Assembly (NCBI GenBank): GCA_019114415.1
Contig: DXFO01000022.1
Coordinates: 12,470 to 76,469 of the forward strand
Direction of reading: 5' to 3'
Length of the DNA: 64,000 bases
Source: Candidatus Gemmiger faecavium
GTDB taxonomy: Bacteria > Bacillota > Clostridia > Oscillospirales > Ruminococcaceae
In this document: positions 9,744 through 22,448 of the stretch, in pieces
How positions within the stretch are numbered: position 1 is the stretch's first letter
How the letters are laid out: every line of letters starts with the position of its first letter
Program-made: the position numbers and the translations under genes
Notes under the pieces: generated by a model
What the model was told of the DNA's origin: nothing
What the model saw: the letters and a program-made list of their open reading frames with translations, nothing else
Databases searched by the model: none

Positions 9744-10085
9744 TCAGCCCGGAGGCCAGGCAAGGCTGCGCTTGGCCAGCACATGGAAGTGCAGGTGGGG
9801 TACGCTCTGTCCCCCATCCGCTCCCACATTGGTGACGACACGGTAACCGCCGTCACAGCCGAGCTTGGCGCAAAGGGATGCAATCGTGGCAAACACGTGC
9901 CCCAGCAGTTCGGCTTCCGCTTCGGTCAGAGCCGCGGCAGACACAATGTGCTGCTTGGGGATGACCAGGAAATGCACCGGAGCCTGGGGATCGATGTCAT
10001 AGAAAGCGAGCAGACGATCGTCCTCATACAGTTTGTTGGACGGGATCTCCCCTGCCGCAATCTTGCAGAAAAGGCAGTCCTCCAT
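9744..10085 (-). CDS. Histidine triad (HIT) nucleotide-binding protein
   Basis: 'CLFCKI', 'GGQSVPHLHFHVL', C-terminal WPPG. Confidence 0.95.
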   Translation of the reverse strand: MEDCLFCKIAAGEIPSNKLYEDDRLLAFYDIDPQAPVHFLVIPKQHIVSAAALTEAEAELLGHVFATIASLCAKLGCDGGYRVVTNVGADGGQSVPHLHFHVLAKRSLAWPPG

Positions 10086-10144
10086 GATATTGCCCTCCTT
10101 TATTGTGGAATATGGAAAATGCCGTTGTACTTATTGTATCGCAA

Positions 10145-12805
10145 TCAAGCATTTTTTTCCAGTTCTGCCCGGATAATGCCGGAAACTGCGGACAACGCCT
10201 CGTCAATCTTGGTGTTGTCCCGGATACCGGCCATGGCAAAGTCCGGCTTGCCGCCGCCGTTGCCGCCGGCGATGGCCGCAATCTGTTTGGCCAGCAAGCC
10301 GGCTTTCAGACCACGGGCCTGCGCGTTTTTGCCGACGCTCACCGCCAGAGTGGTCTTGCCCGCGTCGCTGCCGATCAGCGCTGCCACAGCGTTGGGGGTA
10401 CGGTCGCGGATCTTGTCCAGCATACCGCGCAGGGCATCCGCGCCGGTGCCGGTGAAGTAAGCGGAAATAATACGCACGCCGTCCACCATCTCGGCCTTTT
10501 CAAACAGACCGTCGATCTTGCTGGCAGCGATGCTGGCCTTGGCAATGTCAAGCTGTTTGCCGGTCTCTTTCAGTTCCGCCATAACAGCCGCCGCACGGGT
10601 GGGCACATCTTTGAGGTTACCGACCTTGAGGGTCTGTGCAGTCTGGGCCAGAGCCTCGGTGCGCTCGTCCAGCAGACGCAGAACGCCGAAGCCGGTGGTA
10701 GCCTCGATACGGCGGATACCGGCCGCAACGCTGCTCTCGGACAGGATCTTGAAGCATCCAATCTCGGAAGTGTTTTTCACATGGGTGCCGCCGCAGAACT
10801 CGGTGCTCCAGCCGCAGACGTCCACAACACGGACCACATCGCCGTACTTTTCGCCGAACAGAGCCATAGCGCCCATCTTCTTGGCTTCCTCAATGGGCAG
10901 ATTCTGGACGCTCACCGGGATCGCGGCGAAAATCTTTTCGTTGACGCGGCGCTCGACCTCAGCCAGTTCTTCGGGGGTGACCGCGCTGAAATGGGTGAAG
11001 TCAAAGTGGGTGATCTTGTCATCCTGGTAGCTGCCGGCCTGGCGGACATGGTCGCCCAGGACCTCACGCAGTGCTTTCTGGAGCAGGTGGGTGGCCGTAT
11101 GGTTGCGGCAGATAGAGGCACGGCGTGCCTGATCCACCGACGCAGTCACAGAGTCGCCGACCTTGATGGTGCCTTCCAGAAGAGTGCAGGTATGGACAAA
11201 GTAGCCCTTGGGCGTCTTTTTGACCATATTGACGCGCAGCTTGGCGTCGCCGGAAACCAGGTAACCGGTATCGGCAACCTGACCGCCCATTTCCGCATAG
11301 AAGGGCGTGCGGTTCAGGACGACCAGAACGCCGTCCTTCTGCTCAATGTCCGTAGCAACGGCATCAGCAAGTTCTTCGCCCTCAGACAGTGCCACGACTT
11401 CAGCGCGCTCGTCGGTGGTGTCATAGCCGTCGAACACGGTGGGTTCAGCGGTCAGCTCGCCGAACAGGTCGGCCGCCCAGCCGGAGATATCCTTTGCCAG
11501 GCGCTCCGCACGGGCGCGCTCACGCTGCTTGGTCATCTCCTTATGGAATGCTTCCTCGTCCACGGTGATGCCGAACTCGGAAACGATCTCACGGGTCAGA
11601 TCCAGGGGGAAGCCGAAGGTATCGTTGAGTTTGAAAGCTTCCTCGCCGGAGAGCAGCTTTTCACCGCCCTCGCGGATCTTTTCGATCAGGCCGTTCAGAA
11701 TTGCCAGGCCGGCGTCGATGGTTTTGTAGAAGCGCTCTTCCTCGGTGCTGACGACCTTCTTGATATAATCCTCATGCTCGCGCAGCTCGGGATAGCCCTG
11801 CTCGCTGGAGGTAATCACGGTATCCACCAGCTCCGTCAGGAAGGGATGGTCGATGCCCAGCATACGGCCATGACGGGCGGCACGGCGCAGCAGACGGCGC
11901 AGGACGTAGCCGCGGCCCTCGTTGGAAGGCAGGATGCCGTCAGACACCATGAACACGGTGGAGCGGATATGGTCGGTGATCACGCGGATGGAGATGTCAT
12001 CCTTCTCGTTAGCACCGTAAGTCTTTCCGGAGATGCGCTCCACATGGTGCAGAACCGAAGCCACGGTATCGACCTCAAACAGGTTGCCAACGTTCTGCAT
12101 CACGCAGGCCAGGCGCTCCAGGCCCATGCCGGTATCGATGTTGGGCTTGGCCAGGCGGGTATAGGTACCCTTGCCGTCGGAATCGAACTGGCTGAACACC
12201 AGGTTCCAGATCTCCATATAACGGTCGCAGTCACAGCCCACACCGCAGGTCGGTTTGCCGCAGCCATACTCGGGACCACGGTCATAGTAGATCTCAGAGC
12301 AGGGACCACAGGGACCGGAACCATGCTCCCAGAAGTTGTCCTCCTTGCCGAAACGGACCATGTGATCCTCGGGGATGCCGACTTTCTTGGTCCAGATGTC
12401 ATACGCCTCATCGTCGTCCAGGTAGACCGAGATGTACAGCTTTTCGGCGGGGATTTCAAGAGTCTGGGTCAGGAACTCCCATGCCCAGGGAATGACCTCT
12501 TCCTTGAAGTAGTCCTGGAAGCTGAAGTTGCCCAGCATTTCAAAGAAAGTGCCGTGGCGTGCCGTGATGCCCACGCGCTCAATGTCCGGGGTACGGATGC
12601 ACTTCTGGCAGGTGGTGACACGGTGGCGAGGCGGCTCCTCCTGGCCGAGGAACCATTTTTTCATGGGCGCCATGCCGCTGTTGATCAGAAGCAGGCTAGG
12701 GTCATCCTTCGGGACCAGCGGGAAACTGCCCAGACGCAGGTGGCCCTTGCCCTCAAAAAAGTGCAGATACTTTTCTCGCAGATCATTAAGTCCTGTCCAT
12801 TGCAT
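10145..12805 (-). CDS. alaS: Alanine--tRNA ligase
   Basis: 'GITARHGTFFEMLGNFSF', 'IDTGMGLERLA', editing 'NHTATHLL' and 'EFCGGTHV', 'GGGGKPDFAMAG'; start 12805 or 12823. Confidence 0.98.
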   Translation of the reverse strand: MQWTGLNDLREKYLHFFEGKGHLRLGSFPLVPKDDPSLLLINSGMAPMKKWFLGQEEPPRHRVTTCQKCIRTPDIERVGITARHGTFFEMLGNFSFQDYFKEEVIPWAWEFLTQTLEIPAEKLYISVYLDDDEAYDIWTKKVGIPEDHMVRFGKEDNFWEHGSGPCGPCSEIYYDRGPEYGCGKPTCGVGCDCDRYMEIWNLVFSQFDSDGKGTYTRLAKPNIDTGMGLERLACVMQNVGNLFEVDTVASVLHHVERISGKTYGANEKDDISIRVITDHIRSTVFMVSDGILPSNEGRGYVLRRLLRRAARHGRMLGIDHPFLTELVDTVITSSEQGYPELREHEDYIKKVVSTEEERFYKTIDAGLAILNGLIEKIREGGEKLLSGEEAFKLNDTFGFPLDLTREIVSEFGITVDEEAFHKEMTKQRERARAERLAKDISGWAADLFGELTAEPTVFDGYDTTDERAEVVALSEGEELADAVATDIEQKDGVLVVLNRTPFYAEMGGQVADTGYLVSGDAKLRVNMVKKTPKGYFVHTCTLLEGTIKVGDSVTASVDQARRASICRNHTATHLLQKALREVLGDHVRQAGSYQDDKITHFDFTHFSAVTPEELAEVERRVNEKIFAAIPVSVQNLPIEEAKKMGAMALFGEKYGDVVRVVDVCGWSTEFCGGTHVKNTSEIGCFKILSESSVAAGIRRIEATTGFGVLRLLDERTEALAQTAQTLKVGNLKDVPTRAAAVMAELKETGKQLDIAKASIAASKIDGLFEKAEMVDGVRIISAYFTGTGADALRGMLDKIRDRTPNAVAALIGSDAGKTTLAVSVGKNAQARGLKAGLLAKQIAAIAGGNGGGKPDFAMAGIRDNTKIDEALSAVSGIIRAELEKNA

Positions 12806-12851
12806 GTTTTTCTGAATCTCCATTCCTTGATACTGTCAAAGCGCAGGCCAC

Positions 12852-13097
12852 AAAAAAGATAGCCTCCGCCCCTGCATTACAGGGACGAAGGCTGAACGCT
12901 TCCGTGGTACCACCCGGTTTGCAGGTCCTGGGACCTGCCGCTTTTCCCGCATTAACGCTGCGGACACGCCCGTTTCTTCCGGGGGCTCAGGGGCGGCGAT
13001 GATCCGGTTTCCGTGAGACGCTTTTCAGCCTTGCAGCGTCCTCTCTGCACACGAAACTTCCGTGAAATTGACCCCGTCTTTGCCTGTTTTCATTTAT
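12852..13097 (-). promoter_or_regulatory. T-box riboswitch leader of alaS
   Basis: Minus strand: AGAGA and GCUGAAA stem-I motifs, T-box GGGUGGUACCACGG (12915-12902), terminator agccttcgtccctg...caggggcggaggct plus U tract (12893-12852). Confidence 0.92.
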
Positions 13098-13103
13098 ATT
13101 GCT

Positions 13104-13132
13104 ATTATATGCCGTCGCAACGGCAATGTCAA
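13104..13132 (-). promoter_or_regulatory. Consensus sigma-A promoter of alaS
   Basis: TTGACA (13132-13127) -17 nt- TATAAT (13109-13104). Confidence 0.9.
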
Positions 13133-14736
13133 CCATTTTCCAGTGCACACAGCGCATCGGCCACCCGCGCAAAGATCCCGGCACTGGAGGTTTCCGGTTC
13201 CAGGGTCGCGTCCTGGAGCACCGTGATCACATACCGGGGTTCCTCCGCAGGATAAAAACCGGAAAACCAGTAATTCAGAAGTTCCTCCCCCTGAGAGTCG
13301 TACTGCCCGGTCTGTGCCGTTCCCGTTTTGCCGCCTGCCGTCCCCTCTTTCGGTGCAGCGTCCGATCCGATTCCCTCTTCCACAACACTTTGCAGCATAT
13401 CCCTCAATACGCGCGCCGTATCCTCGCTGCAAACCCGCTGCGGCTGCTGCGTCACCGCCGCATCCAGAAGTTCCAACGTTTCGCTGTCCACAGTGCCGCG
13501 CACGAATGTCGGCTGACGATAGCTGCCATCCCCCGCCACCGTGAGCATCATGGCCGTCACCTGAAGCGGCGTCACTGTCAGTTCCCCCTGGCCAAAGGAG
13601 AACATTGCCAGCTGTCCGATGCTTTCCAGGCTGTCCCGGTCAGGAAGTGTACCGGCACTCGTTTTCAGTCCGCCCGCAACGGCGGTCGCCCGGCCAAAGC
13701 CGAACTTTTCCGCCATCTCAAGGATCCTGTCCGCACCAAGAGCCTGCCCCAATGCCACAAAATAGCAGTTACAGCTTTGTTCCAGTGCGCCGCGCAGATT
13801 CACCGTACCATGCGCCTTGCCGAGTGCGCACCGGTATGTCTGGTCGCCCACCTCGATGGAACCCTGGCAATCATGGGTAAACCAGTCAAGTCCCGCCTCA
13901 TAGGCCGCAGCCCCCAAAACCACCTTGAACACCGACCCAGCATTGAACGCCGAGAACGCCCGATTGATGAGCGAGGTATCATCCGCATCAATGCTTTTCT
14001 GGATATTTTCCGGATCAAATTCCGGCATACTGACGCTGGCAAGGACCGATGCATCCGAGACATCCGCCACCAGGATACAGCCGCGCTGTATGGAAGTCTG
14101 TGCAATCCCTTCACAGGCGCGCTGGATCTTGGCATCCAGGGTGAGCTGGACCCCGGAACCGCTGCCCTGCGTTTCCACTGCAATGTCCGGCGACGTGCCG
14201 TTGAGCAGCCCTCCCTGGGCGGTGGTCGCACATTCCACGACCTGCGCATCCGCTGCGCTGCTGAGAATATCATCGTAGGCCAGTTCCAGCCCCGACACCC
14301 CATGCCCATCGCCGTCAAGGTAGCCGATCAGATGTGTGGCAATGGGAACTTGCAGGTAGCGCTGACGGATGGGATAGGTATAAATCCCGCTGTTATTCAG
14401 ATCGTCAGAGACTTCGATCAAAAACGGGATGGAGCTGTTTCGGTTCTCATATAACAGGTTCTGCTGTTCATACGGAACATAGGGAAACAGTTCCGAATAG
14501 CTGGAATCCCCGGGGATACACAGCGCATACCATCCCACCTGCATCCCGGTAAGGCGCATCCCGTTGCGATCAAAAAAATCGCCCCGTTCTCTGGGCAGAG
14601 CCGTCGTGGACGTCGTCTGCGCCCCGGCACGCACCGCATAATCGGCGTCTGTGGAAATCCAGAGCACGCGGCAGAGCACAATACCGAACAGGCAGACAAA
14701 TGCGGCGTACAAAGCAAACAAGCGGCGTCGTGTCAT
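13129..14736 (-). CDS. Class B penicillin-binding transpeptidase (FtsI/SpoVD-like)
   Basis: N-terminal TM anchor, 'RGDFFDRNG', active-site SxxK (GSVFK), SxN (SCN), KTG (GKTGTAQ). Confidence 0.88.
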   Translation of the reverse strand: MTRRRLFALYAAFVCLFGIVLCRVLWISTDADYAVRAGAQTTSTTALPRERGDFFDRNGMRLTGMQVGWYALCIPGDSSYSELFPYVPYEQQNLLYENRNSSIPFLIEVSDDLNNSGIYTYPIRQRYLQVPIATHLIGYLDGDGHGVSGLELAYDDILSSAADAQVVECATTAQGGLLNGTSPDIAVETQGSGSGVQLTLDAKIQRACEGIAQTSIQRGCILVADVSDASVLASVSMPEFDPENIQKSIDADDTSLINRAFSAFNAGSVFKVVLGAAAYEAGLDWFTHDCQGSIEVGDQTYRCALGKAHGTVNLRGALEQSCNCYFVALGQALGADRILEMAEKFGFGRATAVAGGLKTSAGTLPDRDSLESIGQLAMFSFGQGELTVTPLQVTAMMLTVAGDGSYRQPTFVRGTVDSETLELLDAAVTQQPQRVCSEDTARVLRDMLQSVVEEGIGSDAAPKEGTAGGKTGTAQTGQYDSQGEELLNYWFSGFYPAEEPRYVITVLQDATLEPETSSAGIFARVADALCALENG

Positions 14737-14812
14737 TTTGGCTCTCCCCCTTTTCTTAATTCGGTCTCCGGCTCAAAATTGCCGCCAAAAAGAGGATGCC
14801 CAAAATATCAAA

Positions 14813-14862
14813 AGCCATACGAACAGTCGATGCAACGCTCGGCACTCCGTATGGCTTTTCGC
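14813..14862. terminator. Hairpin/terminator downstream of the VanZ gene
   Basis: aaaagccatacg...cgtatggctttt inverted repeat. Confidence 0.6.
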
Positions 14863-14866
14863 CTTT

Positions 14867-15355
14867 TCACTGTTCAGTTTGCCGCCTTTTTCTGCAATGT
14901 CTGTACCACAGCGCACAGACCAGCAGGATGCCCGGCATAAAGCCCAGGGCATCCACCAGCACGTCACTGGCCAGGCAGGCCCGCCCGGGCACAAAATACT
15001 GGTGCAGTTCATCCCCTGCCGCATAGGCAAAACAAATGATCGCCGCGTATCCACCACAGCGGAACGCCGCACCTGCCGGTCCGTTCCGCCACAGCTTTTC
15101 CGCAAAGGATGCTACCGTAAGCGCTGTGCTGACCCCCAGCATGGCATACAAATACACATGCGCCCATTTTCGCACATTGGCGTGAAAGTTTTCGCTGAAC
15201 CAGGCCGGAACCATCGACTGTGAAGCAGTGTTTTCCTCGATCTGCTGTACAACACTCTGACTGAGCGCGTAAGACCTCGCGCCTTCCTGCGAGGACAGCA
15301 CAAATATCGTCCCCATCAGCAGCAGCGTGACAACAAGAAAGATCCACTTTTTCAC
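14867..15355 (-). CDS. VanZ-family membrane protein
   Basis: 'IFVLSSQ', 'VRKWAHVYLYAMLG', 'YAAGDELHQYFVPGR...DVLVD'. Confidence 0.88.
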   Translation of the reverse strand: MKKWIFLVVTLLLMGTIFVLSSQEGARSYALSQSVVQQIEENTASQSMVPAWFSENFHANVRKWAHVYLYAMLGVSTALTVASFAEKLWRNGPAGAAFRCGGYAAIICFAYAAGDELHQYFVPGRACLASDVLVDALGFMPGILLVCALWYRHCRKRRQTEQ

Positions 15356-15376
15356 GCAGTTTCCTCCTGTATGTCT

Positions 15377-16315
15377 TTACAGGATATGATTGTCCTGCAA
15401 AAACACCTTGATTTCCTGTGCGTAACGTTCCGGGTCAGACAGCAGGCTCATTGCATGGGCCGCTCCGGGGAAAACCACCTTGCGTCGAGCCCCTGTCCGT
15501 TTTGCCTTATAGTTTTCATCCAGCATGAAGAACGGCACATAGGTATCGGCATCCCCATGGATGAACAGCATGGGGGTGTCACCGCTCTTTGCCACAGCCT
15601 CGGCGGGTTCCACCTGAGAGAAGCGGACACCCGTGCGCAGCCATGCCACCCCCATGCAAGGGTACAAGAGCAGGGCCGGCGGCAGATGGTAGCGCGTCCG
15701 CATCACATACGCCAGCTGACGCTTCAGACTGGAATATCCGCAGTCCTCAACCACAAAGGCAAGGCCGTGATCCATGGCGCTGTGCAGCATAACGGTGGCG
15801 GCTCCCATCGACTCGCCGTGAGTTCCCAGAAGGCAGCTTTTGCCGAAGCGCCGGCGCGCCCAGGCACAAACTGTTGCCAGATCATCCGCTTCCCGCCGCC
15901 CCATAGTGGTCAGGGCTTTATCGGATGCGCCGTGGTTGCGCTGGTCATAGACGATGGTCTCAAACCCGAGGTCGCGAAACACCTTGGCGTACTTCATGCT
16001 GGAGCAGCGGTTTTCGCCATGTCCATGTACAATAACCGCCACCCGCGTGCGCCCGTCCTCATGCCTGACCTGAGGATTTTTGGGAATCAGCGTGCAGCGC
16101 AGCTTGTATCCGTAACGGCTTTTGATTGTAAAGTCTTCACGGTTCCAGTTTTTCTCCATATCTTCGGGGTCGATTCCGGAGATCCTGAGTTCTTCCCTGC
16201 ACTTTTCTTTGGTATCCAACTGCTGACGGGGTTTGATCGCAATGTCAGAGAGTTTCCACTCCGCCGCGAAAAGAGCCGCTGCTCCTACCGCGAGATATTT
16301 CCAGGCCTTTGCCAA
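15377..16315 (-). CDS. Alpha/beta hydrolase (YqkD-like)
   Basis: 'VHGHG', 'DQRNHGAS', nucleophile GESMG, 'FIHGDADTYVP', 'GAAHA'; TTG start with RBS gaggtg. Confidence 0.85.
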   Translation of the reverse strand: MAKAWKYLAVGAAALFAAEWKLSDIAIKPRQQLDTKEKCREELRISGIDPEDMEKNWNREDFTIKSRYGYKLRCTLIPKNPQVRHEDGRTRVAVIVHGHGENRCSSMKYAKVFRDLGFETIVYDQRNHGASDKALTTMGRREADDLATVCAWARRRFGKSCLLGTHGESMGAATVMLHSAMDHGLAFVVEDCGYSSLKRQLAYVMRTRYHLPPALLLYPCMGVAWLRTGVRFSQVEPAEAVAKSGDTPMLFIHGDADTYVPFFMLDENYKAKRTGARRKVVFPGAAHAMSLLSDPERYAQEIKVFLQDNHIL

Positions 16316-16510
16316 GGTCGTCACCTCCGATTCTGATATCCGATGCCAAAAAGCCCAATGCTTTGACACAGTGTCTTGAATTAAGCATAGCAAGTTCTTT
16401 GCTTTTTTGCAAGCCACACCCTTGCCCTGTTCTTACTATGGTATGCCGCCGAACAATACCATGACAGCCTCACTTGTACAGTATGACCTGCTTTGCTGTC
16501 TGCCAAATCC

Positions 16511-16549
16511 AAAAAAGCCCGGCACTCACAAAAGCAAGTGCCGGGCTTT
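16511..16549 (-). terminator. groESL terminator
   Basis: aaaaaagcccggcact...agtgccgggcttt hairpin. Confidence 0.85.
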
Positions 16550-16609
16550 ATTTATTGGATTATGCGCACAGGGCCATGTTACTGGCTATTCTGCCCCTTA
16601 AGGGAAGAA

Positions 16610-18256
<1,647 letters not shown>

Positions 18257-18277
18257 TTAAAATGCTGTTATCAAAGA

Positions 18278-18589
<312 letters not shown>

Positions 18590-18609
18590 TCAAATCGAGC
18601 CATTTTGTT

Positions 18610-18636
18610 TTAGCACTCGCTTTCCTTGAGTGCTAA
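18610..18636. promoter_or_regulatory. CIRCE element (HrcA operator)
   Basis: Exact TTAGCACTC-N9-GAGTGCTAA, just downstream of a TTGATT-17-TACAAT promoter (18669-18641, minus). Confidence 0.97.
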
Positions 18637-18934
18637 ACATATTGTAGTCACTTGCCGGCAAAAAATCAAGCCCTGATTTTGGATTTTTTTTGAATTCACA
18701 AAAAGTTTATACTTTTTCTGCTGCTTCCCGCCTTTGCCGCCCGTGATTTTGCCCAAAGTCAGGCCTTTTGCACGCCTCTTTGCCTTTTATTGATTTTCTC
18801 CGAAACCCATTTTCTGTCCGGCCATATATACACCTTGTGAATCCTCTTTTTCAGTGCCTTTGATGGCAGACTTTGGCATACAGCGCCAATTTCTTTTGTT
18901 TTATGCCCTTTTGACAGACTTGTGCCACAGATGC

Positions 18935-18973
18935 AAAAACAGCCGGAGAGCGGGAAAGCTCTCCGGCTGTTTT
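18935..18973 (-). terminator. clpX terminator
   Basis: aaaaacagccggagag-cgggaaag-ctctccggctgtttt. Confidence 0.85.
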
Positions 18974-18990
18974 ATGTGTTCAGGCCTGGC

Positions 18991-20328
<1,338 letters not shown>

Positions 20329-20345
20329 GAAAAGCCCCCGTGCTT

Positions 20346-20936
20346 TCAGTGTTTCGAGATGATCGCATCCACCAGGCCGTAATCCACAGCCTGCTGTGCG
20401 GTCATATAGTTATCGCGCTCGGTGTCGTGCTGGATCACTTCCAGCGGCTGACCGGTGTACTCGCTCAGAAGCGTGTTCATGCGGTTTTTGATGTGGACAA
20501 TGTGATCCGCATGGATCTTGATATCCGTCGCCTGGCCGGAGATCCCGCCGCCGGAAATCAGCGGCTGATGGATCAGGATCTCGGAGTTGGGCAGTGCAAA
20601 GCGCTTGCCCTTGGTTCCGCTGGCCAGCAGGAATGCGCCCATCGAAGCCGCCATGCCGACACAAATGGTCGATACGTCGCACTTGATGTACTTCATGGTA
20701 TCATGGATGGCCATGCCGTCCGAGATGGAACCGCCCGGGCTGTTGATATAAAAGCTGATATCTTTTTCGGGGTCCTGGCCCTCCAGATACAGAAGCTGCG
20801 CCACGACAACGCTTGCAGAGCTGGGATTGACATCCTCGCTCAAAACGATGATGCGGTCGTTCAGCAACCGGGAAAAGATATCGTAGCTGCGCTCACCGCG
20901 CGCGGTCTGCTCAACAACATACGGTACAAGGCTCAT
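20346..20936 (-). CDS. clpP: ATP-dependent Clp protease proteolytic subunit
   Basis: '[25 protein letters not shown]', 'YINSPGG', '[11 protein letters not shown]', 'IHQP'; RBS aggagg. Confidence 0.98.
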   Translation of the reverse strand: MSLVPYVVEQTARGERSYDIFSRLLNDRIIVLSEDVNPSSASVVVAQLLYLEGQDPEKDISFYINSPGGSISDGMAIHDTMKYIKCDVSTICVGMAASMGAFLLASGTKGKRFALPNSEILIHQPLISGGGISGQATDIKIHADHIVHIKNRMNTLLSEYTGQPLEVIQHDTERDNYMTAQQAVDYGLVDAIISKH

Positions 20937-21044
20937 AGTAGGTCCCCTCCTGTACAAAAAGAGTCGTTTGCATTTTTTCACGGATAAACGAACCGATACG
21001 GCAGCAAACGTACCGTATCGGTCCCGTGGTCGCCGGAGTCAGAC

Positions 21045-22352
21045 TCAGGCGTTTTCTTCTTCCTTCACCTGTTCGGTGGTGATGTTGGCTTTTTCCTTGA
21101 CGAAGTCGATCGCCTTGTTGACGGCCAGATCCTTCTTCACAGCGTCAGCGTCAACGATGGCCTTGACCTTTTCGGTCTCCATCTTGTACGCATCGGCAAT
21201 GCGCTGGACCTCAGCATCGAATTCCTCGTCGCTGGTGACGATGTTCTCCTTGTCAACGATGGCTTCCATCGCCAGACGCATCTTGACCTGCTTCTCAGCC
21301 TGGTCAGCGAACTGAGCACGCAGCTGATCCATGGTCATGCCCATGTACTGCAGGTACATGTCCATCTTCAGGCCCTGCTGGGAGAGACGGTACTCGAAGT
21401 CGCGGACCAGTTCGTCCACGCGGCTGTCGTACATAGCCTGGGGGATCTCAGCCTGCATGCCGTTGACAACCTGCTCGATCAGGTCATTCTCGACCTGCTG
21501 ATCGGCCTGACGGTCGTTGTTCTCCTCCATGCCCTTGCGGATGGAAGCCTTCAGCTCGTCGAGAGTGTCGTACTCGCTGACATCCTTGGCAAAGTCGTCA
21601 TCCAGAGCGGGCAGCTCCTTGTACTTGACTTCATGCAGCTTGATCTTGAAGGTGGCATCCTTGCCGGCCAGCTCGGAAGCCTGATACTCCTCGGGGAACT
21701 TGACGTTGATGTCAAACTCCTCGCCGGCAGCGTGGCCAACCAGCTGATCCTCGAAGCCGGGGATGAAGGAGTTGCTGCCCAGCACCAGAGAGTAGTGCTC
21801 AGCCTTGCCGCCCTCAAAAGCGGTGCCGTCCACAAAGCCCTCGAAGTCAATGTCGACGGTGTCGCCGTTCTCAGCCTTGCCCTCACGGGTCAGCAGACGG
21901 CCGTTGCGGTCCTGCATACGGGCCAGCTCTGCGTCAACAGCGCTGTCTTCCACAGTCTTGACCTTTTTGGTAACGCTTAAACCGGCGTAGTCGCCCAGCG
22001 TGACCTCGGGCTTGACGGCGACCTTGACCTTCAGGGTGGCGCCCTCAGCCTCGGACATGGAAACGACCTCGGGCTCGGGAGCACCGACGACCTCGATGCC
22101 GGCGGCCTTGACAGCCTCTTCATACTGAGCGGGGAACAGATCGTTGACAGCGTCGTAATGGAAAATATCGGCGCCGTACATCTTCTCGATCATCGCGCGA
22201 GGAGCCTTGCCCTTGCGGAAGCCGGGGACATTATATTTTTTGCTTTCACGCTTGAACGCTGCGCTCACAGCATTTTTGAAAGTGTCGGCGTCAATGGAAA
22301 ACTGCAGCTCGACCATGCTTTTTTCGAGCTTTTCACAAGAAATCAGATTCAT
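21045..22352 (-). CDS. tig: Trigger factor
   Basis: 'PGFRKGKAP', FKBP domain 'IDFEGFVDGTAFEGG', 'FIPGFEDQL'; ATG 22352 with RBS ggaggag. Confidence 0.97.
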   Translation of the reverse strand: MNLISCEKLEKSMVELQFSIDADTFKNAVSAAFKRESKKYNVPGFRKGKAPRAMIEKMYGADIFHYDAVNDLFPAQYEEAVKAAGIEVVGAPEPEVVSMSEAEGATLKVKVAVKPEVTLGDYAGLSVTKKVKTVEDSAVDAELARMQDRNGRLLTREGKAENGDTVDIDFEGFVDGTAFEGGKAEHYSLVLGSNSFIPGFEDQLVGHAAGEEFDINVKFPEEYQASELAGKDATFKIKLHEVKYKELPALDDDFAKDVSEYDTLDELKASIRKGMEENNDRQADQQVENDLIEQVVNGMQAEIPQAMYDSRVDELVRDFEYRLSQQGLKMDMYLQYMGMTMDQLRAQFADQAEKQVKMRLAMEAIVDKENIVTSDEEFDAEVQRIADAYKMETEKVKAIVDADAVKKDLAVNKAIDFVKEKANITTEQVKEEENA

Positions 22353-22448
22353 TAGAATACTCCTCCAAACATAGCGGTACAAGGTATTATAGCACACGTC
22401 TTTGCAGAATGCCATAGCAAATTGGAATTTTTTCGTGCAATTTTGCGT

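Noticed and set aside
10103-12862. 919-aa plus-strand ORF
   Set aside because: Antisense shadow of alaS produced by high-GC codon bias; no RBS or recognisable motifs
12987-13184. 65-aa minus-strand ORF
   Set aside because: Overlaps the alaS promoter and T-box stem I
18650-18930. AT-rich intergenic stretch considered as an sRNA
   Set aside because: No promoter-terminator pair or stable structure apart from the clpX terminator and groESL promoter region
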